This document shows, one piece after another, positions 11,154 through 21,237 of a DNA stretch of 64,000 nucleotides; position 1 is the first letter of the stretch; the number at the start of each line of letters is the position of its first letter. The position numbers and the translations under genes were made by a program. This DNA is from an uncultured Nitrospiraceae bacterium (GTDB lineage: Bacteria; Nitrospirota; Thermodesulfovibrionia; UBA6902): the NCBI GenBank assembly GCA_964347155.1, contig CAYFXR010000070.1, positions 7,657 to 71,656 on the forward strand, in the 5' to 3' direction. The notes beneath the pieces are model-generated. The model was not told the origin of the DNA. It saw only the letters and a list, made by a program, of their open reading frames with translations, and did no database searches.

Positions 11154-12803
11154 ATGAGTATGGAATATTCAGTAAGTCCTGAAGGAGAGAAGTTTCCCTT
11201 GCCGACGACAAAAGAATACAAAGAAGAATTTAAACGTCTTAAGGCGGCTGTGGCAAAACAAAGGAAACATAAGCGAGAGATTGTTGTAGTTATGGGGGTC
11301 GGGTTTGTAGGAGTTGCGATGGCAGCGGTCATAGCTGATACTGTAGATAAGAAGGCACGTCCGAGTAAATTTGTCATAGGCATGCAGAGACCAAGCACGC
11401 GGAGTTACTGGAAGATTCCAATACTCAATAGAGGAATATCTCCGGTCACATCAGAAGATGAAGAGCTTGCGCCTATGATAAAAAGATGTGTTATAGAGAA
11501 AAAGACACTTACCTCGACATTTACATACGAAGTACTGACTCTTGCAGATGTAGTTGTGATTGACATTCAATGCGATTACCTTAAGGAGTCTCTTGGAGAT
11601 ATCTATAACGGACGTGCCGATATGACTCCTCTTGAAGAATCGCTAGCGATTATGGCTGAACATATTTCACCTGATGCTCTTGTACTCATTGAAACAACGG
11701 TGGCACCTGGAACTACAGAACAGATTGCCTACCCGATAATGAAAAAGGTTTTTCAGAAAAGGGGTATTAAAACAGACCCTCTGCTTGCTCACAGCTTTGA
11801 AAGGGTAATGCCAGGGAAAGAGTATGTCTCGAGTGTCAGGGACTTTTGGAGGGTGTGCAGTGGCATAAACAAAAGGGCGCAAAAGAGGGTTGTGAGATTT
11901 CTCAATGATGTATTGAATACAAAGGATTATCCCCTTACCGTTCTTGACAGGCCGATTGAATCGGAAACGGCAAAAATAGTGGAAAACAGCTTCCGCGCCA
12001 CGATCCTTGCCTTTCTTGATGAATGGAGCCTATTTGCAGAACGAAATGGTGTAGACCTTATAAAAGTTATTGAAGCTATTAAAGTACGTCCAACCCATAA
12101 TAATATAATTTTCCCCGGACCTGGCATAGGTGGTTATTGTTTACCAAAAGACGGGGGACTTGGTATATGGGCATATAGGCATATTCACGGATTTGAAGAT
12201 GATATTTTCAGGATTACACCAATGGCAATAAATATTAATGATACACGTGCTTTACATGTCGGGCAGTTAACCAGAGACGCTCTGAGAAATATGAACAGAC
12301 CGATTGCTGCTGCGGACATACTTGTACTGGGTGCATCTTATCGAGAAGACGTAGGTGATACGCGATACAGTGGTTCTGAGTTAATAGTAAGACGTCTCAC
12401 GGAAATGGGAGCAGAGATGAGGGTGCATGATCCTTATCTGACATACTGGTGGGAATTTCAAAAGCAGGATACGTATCCAAAAGCAGGTTACAGTCTCGAG
12501 AGGTTCTTCAGAAATCAGTCGAAGCTCTCTAACCTGAGGGTTGAGAAAGATATGAAAAAGGCCCTTAAGGGAGTTGATGCAATAATTTTTGCTGTTAAGC
12601 ATAAATATTACCTTAATCTGGACCCTGATAAGATTGTAAAAATGGTAGGGAATACATTTGCAGTGATTGATTGCTTCGGGATACTAGATGATGAAAAAAT
12701 TCGCAGGTATTTTGAGCTTGGCTGTGAGGTTAAAGGGTTGGGAAGAGGTCATGTAAGATGGATAAAAGATGAAGTGAGAAAGCAGAAAATGAAAGAAAAA
12801 TAA
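11154..12803 (+). CDS. Nucleotide-sugar dehydrogenase (UDP-glucose/GDP-mannose dehydrogenase family)
   Basis: N-terminal Rossmann motif VVVMGVGFVGVAMAA and the catalytic-cysteine motif GGYCLPKDGG diagnostic of this family. The start is uncertain; the track ORF begins at 11118. Confidence 0.65.
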   Translation: MSMEYSVSPEGEKFPLPTTKEYKEEFKRLKAAVAKQRKHKREIVVVMGVGFVGVAMAAVIADTVDKKARPSKFVIGMQRPSTRSYWKIPILNRGISPVTSEDEELAPMIKRCVIEKKTLTSTFTYEVLTLADVVVIDIQCDYLKESLGDIYNGRADMTPLEESLAIMAEHISPDALVLIETTVAPGTTEQIAYPIMKKVFQKRGIKTDPLLAHSFERVMPGKEYVSSVRDFWRVCSGINKRAQKRVVRFLNDVLNTKDYPLTVLDRPIESETAKIVENSFRATILAFLDEWSLFAERNGVDLIKVIEAIKVRPTHNNIIFPGPGIGGYCLPKDGGLGIWAYRHIHGFEDDIFRITPMAININDTRALHVGQLTRDALRNMNRPIAAADILVLGASYREDVGDTRYSGSELIVRRLTEMGAEMRVHDPYLTYWWEFQKQDTYPKAGYSLERFFRNQSKLSNLRVEKDMKKALKGVDAIIFAVKHKYYLNLDPDKIVKMVGNTFAVIDCFGILDDEKIRRYFELGCEVKGLGRGHVRWIKDEVRKQKMKEK

Positions 12804-13977
12804 GAGGCAATTTTTTCATCCATTTAAATGTTCTGATTCCATGTATTGTTTCTACAGGTTTATTACCCAGTAAGTTCATTAATATTTTTAATAGATGATG
12901 GTTGAATTTGTTAAAGAAGGTAAAAACGAAATATCTTATCTTTTTAGCATAAATAAATTCCGGATATATATGGTTTTGCAGTAACTGAAGATAAGTTGTT
13001 GCGAGCTGTCTCCGGGAAGTCTCAAAATTATTTTTTGTTTCCATTGCCTTTAGTACGGCTTTTGCCGCTAGTTCAGCGCTTCTGTGTGCATAAAAGATTC
13101 CTTCCCCCAAGAATGGTTCACCAAAACCGGCAGCATCTCCAACGAGGATGACATTACTGAAGACCGGCTCAAGCATAAAATTCCCGTATGGGAATGCATA
13201 GCCCTTAGTCTTGTATGTCTTCAAATCACCTATATTCAGAACAGATAAAAAATTATGAAACAAATGTAAAAACTGTTTTCTGTTTTTCTGGTTCAGTCCC
13301 CCTATACCAACTATTAATTTATCGCTATTTGGAAACACCCATGAATATCCATGACTGATATAATCAAAATAAAGAATCGGATGATTAATTGCATGCCGCA
13401 GGTCAGAACGGTTAATAAAAATTTCCAATCCAGTAGCAAGATTCTTTTTCCACACCTTATCATTAAACTGATCTTTTGGAAAAGACCTTCTCATGTTGCT
13501 GTTTACGCCATCTGCACCAATAATAAATCGTGTCTTTATTTTTCTTCCTGTTGAAGTCTTGATAACACTTTCAGTCAAGTCAATAGATTCAACCCCTACC
13601 CCCTCAATTAACTCAGCACCGGTTTTTTGTGCTTTTTTTAAGAGGAAATTGTCATAACTATATCTGTCTACAAAGTGAAATGGAATGTTTATGTTTTTTT
13701 TATCTACAAGTTTATTTTTAAAAAAAATCTCATAATGATTGGACTCAAAATTAATAATGTCTTGTTTTTTAAGGCTGGTGACAGACTCACCAAATACCCG
13801 TTCTAAAAATCTGGTTGTTTTATATGTTAAGCAGCCTGCGCAGAGCTTGTGTCTCGGAAAAGTGCTTTTATCAATTATCAACACTCTGAGGCCGGATTTG
13901 CTTAAAAGGTATCCGGCAGTAGAACCTGCAGGTCCGGCACCGACTACAATTGCGTCGTAAATAGTTGTCTTTGACAT
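12730..13977 (-). CDS. FAD-dependent oxidoreductase, geranylgeranyl reductase family
   Basis: YDAIVVGAGPAGSTAGYLLSKSGLRVLIIDK dinucleotide-binding N-terminus; 415 aa. The 3' end overlaps the convergent dehydrogenase gene by about 70 nt, so the true stop may be earlier. Confidence 0.55.
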   Translation of the reverse strand: MSKTTIYDAIVVGAGPAGSTAGYLLSKSGLRVLIIDKSTFPRHKLCAGCLTYKTTRFLERVFGESVTSLKKQDIINFESNHYEIFFKNKLVDKKNINIPFHFVDRYSYDNFLLKKAQKTGAELIEGVGVESIDLTESVIKTSTGRKIKTRFIIGADGVNSNMRRSFPKDQFNDKVWKKNLATGLEIFINRSDLRHAINHPILYFDYISHGYSWVFPNSDKLIVGIGGLNQKNRKQFLHLFHNFLSVLNIGDLKTYKTKGYAFPYGNFMLEPVFSNVILVGDAAGFGEPFLGEGIFYAHRSAELAAKAVLKAMETKNNFETSRRQLATTYLQLLQNHIYPEFIYAKKIRYFVFTFFNKFNHHLLKILMNLLGNKPVETIHGIRTFKWMKKLPLIFLSFSAFSLHLLSILHDLFPTL

Positions 13978-14012
13978 CCGAATGATTTTAAATGCATTTT
14001 GGGGTTAATAAA

Positions 14013-15317
14013 TCATTGCCCCAAAAGTATTGATCCTCCCTTAAAGAATGTTCCGGCAACGGAAGCTGTCATAAGACAGGCAAGTGTTGCTGCTAAAAGG
14101 GCTCGCGGACCTACTGCTGAAAGGTCTGCCGTTCTTTTAGGGACAAGTGCTGCTATTCCGCCCACGAATATGGCGAGAGATGCGACATGTGCAAAACCAC
14201 ATAGTGCATATGTGGCAAGAAAGGCTGAACGAGGATCGTTAAGCCCCCCTTTGGCAAGGAGTTCCGCCAGATCCATATAGGACTTCGCTTCTGTAACGAT
14301 AACCCTTTCACCTATTATTTTTGATATCTCAAATGCATCTGATGCAGGAACGCCTATTACCAGTGTAAACGGATAAAATACGTAGCCTAAAAGTCCTTTT
14401 AGTGACCAGTCTATGGTAATTCCCAGAAGATTATTTACCTTTAATCCTGCTCCTGTAAAAATAAAATCAATCAGTGCTACAAGACCGAGGAAAGCGATCA
14501 GGAGAGCTATAACACCTCCAACTAATTTCAGACCTGCATTTGCACCATTTATCGATGCCTCTATGAAAGATGATTCTTTTTCATAGTACGGCTTTACATC
14601 CATTCCCAGAGTCTCAGGTTTTTCTGTCTCTGGCAAAAGAAGTTTTGACATTACAATAGCTGCCGGAGCTGAGAGAAACGATGCAGAAACCAGATGGCCT
14701 GCGATTGTTTGAAATTGATTTTGTAATATCAGAATATAAATAGCCAGAACACTGGATGCTATGGTTGCCATGCCTGCGGTAAGTATCGTGCACAGTTCTG
14801 AACGGGTCATCTTTGCAAGATATGGCTGAATTGTTGTTGCAGATTCAATACCGACGAAAATATTGCTTGATGTGCATAAAGACTCTGCTCCGCTTACCCT
14901 CATCAACTTTGTAAAAATTTTGGCAAAGATTCTTACAAGCCATGGCATAAACCCTGTATAGTAAAGGACTGCCATGAGACTTGCGAAAAATATAATGGTG
15001 GGCAGCGCCTGGAAGGCAAAAATAAAGCCTAAAGACTCACCTCCCCACTCATCGGTTGTTCCAGGAGGAAGTGCAAGCCTGCCAAAAATAAACTTTGTGC
15101 CTGCACTCGCAACATCAATAATTTTTACCAAGGCATCATTAATGAACATGAATACATTTGCACCTGCCGGTACTACAAAGATAAATAGGGCAAAAATTAA
15201 CTGGAGGATGCAACCCCACGTAATAACACGCCAGTTGACTATTTTTTTGTTAGCGGAAAGTAGCCATGCAAGACCCATTAATATGAATATCCCTGCAAGA
15301 CTTACGAAGTTATACAT
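14013..15317 (-). CDS. Concentrative nucleoside transporter (NupC/CNT family)
   Basis: 434-aa polytopic membrane protein. The N-terminal region ANKKIVNWRVITWGCILQL resembles the NupC N-terminus. Confidence 0.55.
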   Translation of the reverse strand: MYNFVSLAGIFILMGLAWLLSANKKIVNWRVITWGCILQLIFALFIFVVPAGANVFMFINDALVKIIDVASAGTKFIFGRLALPPGTTDEWGGESLGFIFAFQALPTIIFFASLMAVLYYTGFMPWLVRIFAKIFTKLMRVSGAESLCTSSNIFVGIESATTIQPYLAKMTRSELCTILTAGMATIASSVLAIYILILQNQFQTIAGHLVSASFLSAPAAIVMSKLLLPETEKPETLGMDVKPYYEKESSFIEASINGANAGLKLVGGVIALLIAFLGLVALIDFIFTGAGLKVNNLLGITIDWSLKGLLGYVFYPFTLVIGVPASDAFEISKIIGERVIVTEAKSYMDLAELLAKGGLNDPRSAFLATYALCGFAHVASLAIFVGGIAALVPKRTADLSAVGPRALLAATLACLMTASVAGTFFKGGSILLGQ

Positions 15318-15582
15318 GCGGTTTTCTCCTTTCGCTATAAAATTTCTGTTAACGATAATTAATGTTTTTGAAGTCGAATCGACTCTTTATTATTTGAGTT
15401 TATGAGATTTTGAAATAATATCCTAAATTCATGATGTTGTTCAAGAAATAAATTCAGCACAAGGTTCAGGTCTACGACTCTACGAGCCTTAGGCCCTTAG
15501 GATGGAGGGTTACAACAGAAGAGTTTTTAAACAGCATGTTGATGTTATTGCGTTACGGGGTGAGGAAAGATACAATATAAAT

Positions 15583-15939
15583 CTATTTTCTTGATATCCT
15601 TCTTCTCCACCAGCCCAGGCCTATCAATCCTACACCGAGGAGGATTACGGTTGCCGGTTCAGGGATGGGGATGACTTGTTTCATCTCCTGATCCTGTGGA
15701 GGGAAAGCCGGTGGTCTTCCGAGATAATTATCGTTAATATGATATATGGTTTTGCTACTCAGATATGAGACAGAAATAAGTGCATCTAAATCAGCAAAAA
15801 CATCATTGCTGATTAAAGTCCCTTGTGTAACAGCTACATTTACGGTGTAAGGATCAATGACGGGGTTAGCGAAAACAGGAGAGCCGGAGGCATAGAGTAC
15901 TGCAAAAATTAAAATTACTATTTTAACGTTCTTAACCAT
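15583..15939 (-). CDS. PEP-CTERM sorting-domain protein (secreted, exosortase substrate)
   Basis: Signal peptide MVKNVKIVILIFAVLYASGSPVFA. C-terminal PEPATVILLGVGLIGLGWWRRRISRK carries the PEP motif, a TM helix and a basic tail. The start is chosen at the internal Met; the track ORF extends to 16035. Confidence 0.65.
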   Translation of the reverse strand: MVKNVKIVILIFAVLYASGSPVFANPVIDPYTVNVAVTQGTLISNDVFADLDALISVSYLSSKTIYHINDNYLGRPPAFPPQDQEMKQVIPIPEPATVILLGVGLIGLGWWRRRISRK

Positions 15940-16315
15940 CTTTAAATCCAAAATATTAGTCCCCTTTTTTATCATTCCTGTTAAATAAAGTCTAAAATGT
16001 AGATGAGCAATTTCTGTGCCAAGATTGTAACACATTGATTTTGTTGGAAAATTTTATTGTCAATTTTTGTAAAGTGTAAATTTCTTCAACTTGAAAACCG
16101 CTTGTTTTTCAAATTAGATAAATAGAAAATAGAAATATTATTAAAAATCGTGATATTAGAAGAAAACAATAAATTGTTGTTTGTGTAAAGATTGCCGACA
16201 CTAAAAATTAGAAAACCCGACAAATTACAGTAAAAGCTATTGAAAAATACTAATCTTTTTTTTAATATATTCTCTTGTAGAAGGATATCCATATATATCT
16301 GGGAAGGAAATACAC

Positions 16316-17251
16316 ATGATACTGATTGATAATCTGACCAAATACTATGGCGATTCATGTGCCGTTGATCAAATAAGTTTTGAGATCAAAAAAGGGGAAA
16401 TCCTGGGTATTCTTGGTCCAAACGGGGCAGGAAAAACAACAACTCTCCGGATTCTCACCTGCTATCTGCAGCCTACGTCCGGGAACATAATGGTAAAAGA
16501 CTACAACATTTATGAGCATTCTCTGGAAATTAAAAGGATGATCGGGTACCTTCCTGAATCTGCTCCTTTATATCCGGACATGATTGTGTACGATTATTTG
16601 AAATTTGTTGCAGATGTACGGGAAATAGAAAAGACGAGAGTTGATTCCCGCATTAAAGAGCTTGCTGATATGTGCGGTATAAATGAAGTTATGCACCGAC
16701 CGATCAATGAACTGTCCAAAGGTTACAAACAGAGGGTTGGTCTTGCTCATGCCATGATGAATGATCCAGAGATATTAGTGCTGGACGAACCTACTTCCGG
16801 TCTCGACCCGAACCAGATCGTGGAGATAAGGGATATTATAAAAGCAATTGGAAAGGAAAAAACGGTTATTATTTCAACCCACATTCTCAGCGAGGCAGAG
16901 GCTACCTGTAACAGGATTGTCATAATCAACAAAGGTAAGATCGTTGCTGATGGAGCTACTGAAGAGCTTAAGCATGAAGCCGGAGGCGATTACATCGTAC
17001 ATGTGTCATTACAGCACAGTAATTTTGATGATGTAAAAAAATACTTTCAGGCCGTCCCGGAAGTAAGTGATGTGGTGCTTACAAATTCAGGAGACGGAAT
17101 AATAGATTTTCGCCTTGCATGTAGCGGCAATAAAGATGTACGTTCCGATATTTATGAAATTATCAAGAATAACAACTGGCCCCTCTTGGAATTTCACAGA
17201 GAAACCAGAACACTGGAAACCATATTCAGGGAGTTGACAAAGGAGAATTGA
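16316..17251 (+). CDS. ABC transporter ATP-binding protein (ABC-2 / GldA-like)
   Basis: Walker A GPNGAGKTT, signature LSKGYKQRV, Walker B ILVLDEPTSGLD; 311 aa. Confidence 0.8.
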   Translation: MILIDNLTKYYGDSCAVDQISFEIKKGEILGILGPNGAGKTTTLRILTCYLQPTSGNIMVKDYNIYEHSLEIKRMIGYLPESAPLYPDMIVYDYLKFVADVREIEKTRVDSRIKELADMCGINEVMHRPINELSKGYKQRVGLAHAMMNDPEILVLDEPTSGLDPNQIVEIRDIIKAIGKEKTVIISTHILSEAEATCNRIVIINKGKIVADGATEELKHEAGGDYIVHVSLQHSNFDDVKKYFQAVPEVSDVVLTNSGDGIIDFRLACSGNKDVRSDIYEIIKNNNWPLLEFHRETRTLETIFRELTKEN

Positions 17252-17252
17252 A

Positions 17253-17957
17253 ATGAGTAATTCACTGCATATCTTTAGAAAAGAATTTAAGGGATATTTC
17301 ATTTCTCCTATTGCCTATATTGTTATTTCGATTTTTCTCATATTAACAGGCTGGTTTTTCTTTTCAACCTTTTTTCTGTTCGGGCAGGCAGAATTGAGAA
17401 GTTTTTTCTCACTGCTCCCTGTTATATTTTCATTTATTATTCCGGCTATTACCATGAGGCTTTTTTCCGAAGAATTTAACACCGGTTCTTATGAATTGAT
17501 ACTAACCATGCCTGTTTCTTCACTGAATATCATTATCGGCAAGTTCCTGGCAGCAGCGGCGTTTGTTGCCATCATGCTCGTACCCACAATTTTTTACAGC
17601 ATTTTTATTTCGTTTATTGGTGATCTTGACTGGGGTCCGGTAATCGGCGGATATATTGGAGCTGTATTGCTGGGAGCTGCATTTTCGACAATCGGTCTGT
17701 TCGCCTCATCACTTACCCGCAACCAGATTATTGCATTTATTATAGGGATGGCTTTTTGTTTCGTACTTACACTCATCGACAAGATGCTCTTTTTTCTTCC
17801 AGAGTCCGTGCTTAACGTATTTCAGTACTTAGGCGCTGATTTCCATTTTCAGAATATTTCAAAAGGCATAATTGACTCCAGGGATATATTATATTTTCTT
17901 AGTGTCTGCTTTGTTATGCTTTATGGCACCAATCTTGTAATAGAGGAGAAGAAATAG
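17253..17957 (+). CDS. ABC-2 family permease (GldF-like)
   Basis: 234-aa six-TM protein immediately downstream of the ATPase, with a 1-nt intergenic gap. Confidence 0.65.
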   Translation: MSNSLHIFRKEFKGYFISPIAYIVISIFLILTGWFFFSTFFLFGQAELRSFFSLLPVIFSFIIPAITMRLFSEEFNTGSYELILTMPVSSLNIIIGKFLAAAAFVAIMLVPTIFYSIFISFIGDLDWGPVIGGYIGAVLLGAAFSTIGLFASSLTRNQIIAFIIGMAFCFVLTLIDKMLFFLPESVLNVFQYLGADFHFQNISKGIIDSRDILYFLSVCFVMLYGTNLVIEEKK

Positions 17958-17965
17958 GGACAGCC

Positions 17966-20158
17966 ATGAAAAAAACAGTTGAAAAAAGCAAGTATTACAA
18001 ATTTTTAATCTATCTCATTCTGGTTATACTTGCCAATATAGCAGGGATTACACTTTTTTTCAGACTGGATCTGACATCCAGCAAGGTCTATTCATTATCC
18101 AGAGCAAGCAAAGAGGTTGTTGCTACATTATCCGAACCTTTGACAATCAAGGTATTTTTCAACGGCAACCTTCCTGCCCCTTATAATAATATTGAGCGTT
18201 ATCTCCATGACCTGCTTGAAGAATATTCAGTTGCCGGTAATAGATACTTTAACTACCAGTTTTATAATATGTCGGGTGAGGAAAATGAAAAGTCAAAACG
18301 AAATCAGGAGCTTGCGCAGAGCTACGGAATTCATCCGATTCAGATCCAGAACATTGAACATGATGAAGTCAAATTCCAAAAGGCATACATGGGAATGGCA
18401 CTGATTCACGGGGATATTATTGAAACGCTCCCCACGATTACTTCCACAGAAGGTCTTGAGTATTCAATTACATCTACTATGAGGAAGATGAATAACAAGA
18501 TCAGCGCTCTTTTGCGATTGAAAGAAAAAATATCGGTTAAACTGTTCTTGTCTTCATCGCTAAAAGTCGTTGGGCCTTACATGAACATAACCGGGCTGGC
18601 ATCGTTGTCAGGGAAAATAGAAGATATCGTACATACATGAAATGACAAAAACTACGGCAGGCTTTCATTTATATACCTTGACCCAAGCGCAAATCCTGAT
18701 GCCGAGAAGGAAGCTGAACGCTACAATATTCTCCGCCTCAACTGGGATGAATTCAAGGATAGAAGAGGCAAAACGATCAAGGCAGACAGGGGATATGCAG
18801 GAATTACTGTAGAGCATGGAGACAGATTTGAGAACATTAAACTCATAGAGGTTTTTCGCCTTCCCTTTTTTGGCACACAATATCAGCTTACCGAATTAGA
18901 TGGACTTGAAAAAGCAATTGATGAGACAGTCGAGAATGTTATCGATATTAATGAAGAGATCGGGTATCTTGCAGATCACAATGCGCTTCCACTGGGAGCT
19001 GGTTTTACAATACCCGGTCAGCCGCATCAGGAATCTCTTTCCAATTTCAATAAACTGCTTTCAGAACAATATTCTGTAAGTCATGTCAAACTGAAAGAAA
19101 GCGGTGTGCCGGAGGGCTTGTCATTCATGATTATCGCAGGAGTAAAAGAAAATTTTACGGATTATGAACTCTATCATATCGACCAGTTCATCATGAAAGG
19201 GAATAGCCTTGCTATATTCATGGATTCATTCAATGAGGTTACACCTCAGAGTCAACACGGCATGAGGAATCAGTTTCAGAGATCCTTCTATATGCCCCTT
19301 GATACAGGGCTGGAAAAGCTGCTGAACCATTACGGAGTCAATGTGAAAAAATCCATAGTCCTGGATGAAAACTGCTTTAAACAAAGGATGCCGAGATCTT
19401 TTGGGGGTGGTGAACGTCCTATTTACTTTGCACCAATTGTTAAGAATGAACTTATCAATAAGGATGTCAAGTATTTGAAGAATATAAAAGGGATTGTCAT
19501 GCTGAAATCCTCTCCTCTCGAAATTAATGACCAGAAGGTAAAAGACAATGGACTCACGGCAACAAAACTTTTTTCATCATCTGAAAGGTCATGGGAAATG
19601 TCAGGCAGGGTCAATCTTAATCCCGTATTTATACATCCTCCCAAAAATGAGGATGAGTTCAAAAGTATGGCAATGGCATATACCCTTGAAGGCTCTTTTC
19701 GCAGCTATTTTGCCGATAAGCCCGTTCCTGTAAAGAATGACGAAGAAAAAGACAAATCCGAAGATGAGAAAAAGGATGAAGATGAAAAACAAACAGGTAT
19801 TGACATGTCCAAGATCAAGGGAGAAGGCGTTATTAAAAAAGGCAAACATGCAAAGATATTTTTGATCGGAACATCGGAAATTTTAAAAGACAATGTTATT
19901 GACGATGAAGGAAAGACCCCAAATGCCCAGTTTGTCATGAATGTTATAGACTATCTGAACAACAGGGAAAAAGTTGCCCTTATGCGCAGTAAAACACAAC
20001 GGTTTAACCCGCTGAAGGAAGTTGCTCCGACAACAAGAACAATTATTAAAGCTGTCAATATAGCGGGACTTCCCATACTGGTTGTCGTAGCCGGAATTAT
20101 CGTATGGGGCAGACGTGCTTCGAGAAAACGCATGATTCAGAGGATTTTTAGCAGATAG
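17966..20158 (+). pseudogene. GldG-like ABC-transporter-associated protein interrupted by a single in-frame TGA at 18638-18640
   Basis: Track ORFs 17966..18640 and 19106..20158 are in the same frame. Hand translation of 18641-19105 (NDKNYGRLSFIYLDPSANPDAEKE...) has no further stops. N-terminal signal-anchor, C-terminal TM and basic tail match GldG architecture. Confidence 0.55.
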
Positions 20159-20165
20159 TATATAA

Positions 20166-20228
20166 GTAAGGAGTAAGGAGTAAGGAGTAAGGAGTTTTCT
20201 TTCCCCTCAGGGGAAGGGTGAGAGGGGA
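20166..20228. repeat. Tandem heptamer (GTAAGGA)x4 followed by a GC hairpin (CCCCTCAGGGG...GAGGGG)
   Basis: Read directly: gtaaggagtaaggagtaaggagtaaggag then cccctcaggggaagggtgagagggg. Lies between the gldG-like stop and the next gene. Confidence 0.7.
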
Positions 20229-20257
20229 ACAGGAATGTTGATATCAATTAAAGGAGT

Positions 20258-21226
20258 ATGAGCATGAAGGGTAAAAAAGAACTTGCTATTCTGTTTTTTG
20301 TCATTGCTGTACTTGTCTACTATATTTTTTCAGAAAAAAGCGAAAAGACTCATTATGAATTGCCGGATGTTCAAAGGATAAAAAAAGATGACATCTCAAA
20401 GTTAAATATCAGAAAAAAGGATTCAGAAATTGCGCTGATCAAAGAAAATGGTAAGTGGCTCATAAGTGAAAAAAAATACCCGGCTGACAACTCTCTGGTA
20501 GATAAAATGCTGGAGGATATGTCCGGACTGAAACTTACTGCTCTCGCATCAGAATCTGAAAAATATGCCATATATGAACTGGATAAAAAGAACAGGATTC
20601 AGGTAGAGGCTTACAAAGGAGACAGCCTCTTGCGCAAGTTAAGTATAGGCAAACCTGCTTCATCATACAGACATACATTTATCATGCTTGATGATGACCA
20701 TCGTGTTTCCCATTCTGAAGGGAATATCAAAAGTGATTTTGACAAAACAATCTCTGAATTGCGCGATAAAAATGTTATGTCATTTCAAGATGATATTATG
20801 GAATTGACATTGAAAAAGGACAAAGATGAAATAACGATAGCGAAAGCAATTGCCCCTGTATCTGTTGATATCAGCGAAAAACAGGTTGAAGAACAGAAAA
20901 CTGAGGAAGCCGGACCGAAGTGGATGACTTCAAACGGCAAATCAGTAAAAGCGAGTGAAGTTGATGGAATTATTAATACATTATCCAACTTGCAGTGCGA
21001 TGAATTCATTGAAGACAAAACAAAGGAAGATTTCACATATCCCATCTTTACAGCAACTCTTAAAGGGGTAAATATTTACGCAATTTCCATTTTTGAGAAA
21101 AGGCAAGATAATAAATATCCCGCCATCTCTTCAGAAAGTGAATATCCCTTCCTCATTTCCAAATGGAAGGCGAATAAGATTATGAAGGAACCGGGGAGTT
21201 TGATGGAGAATCCAGAAACAAATTAA
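20258..21226 (+). CDS. Hypothetical membrane-anchored protein, possibly DUF4340-like partner of the GldG-like gene
   Basis: N-terminal TM anchor (LAILFFVIAVLVYYIF). Sits downstream of the ABC-2/GldG cluster. Family assignment is from gene context only. Confidence 0.3.
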   Translation: MSMKGKKELAILFFVIAVLVYYIFSEKSEKTHYELPDVQRIKKDDISKLNIRKKDSEIALIKENGKWLISEKKYPADNSLVDKMLEDMSGLKLTALASESEKYAIYELDKKNRIQVEAYKGDSLLRKLSIGKPASSYRHTFIMLDDDHRVSHSEGNIKSDFDKTISELRDKNVMSFQDDIMELTLKKDKDEITIAKAIAPVSVDISEKQVEEQKTEEAGPKWMTSNGKSVKASEVDGIINTLSNLQCDEFIEDKTKEDFTYPIFTATLKGVNIYAISIFEKRQDNKYPAISSESEYPFLISKWKANKIMKEPGSLMENPETN

Positions 21227-21237
21227 TAAAATAGAGA

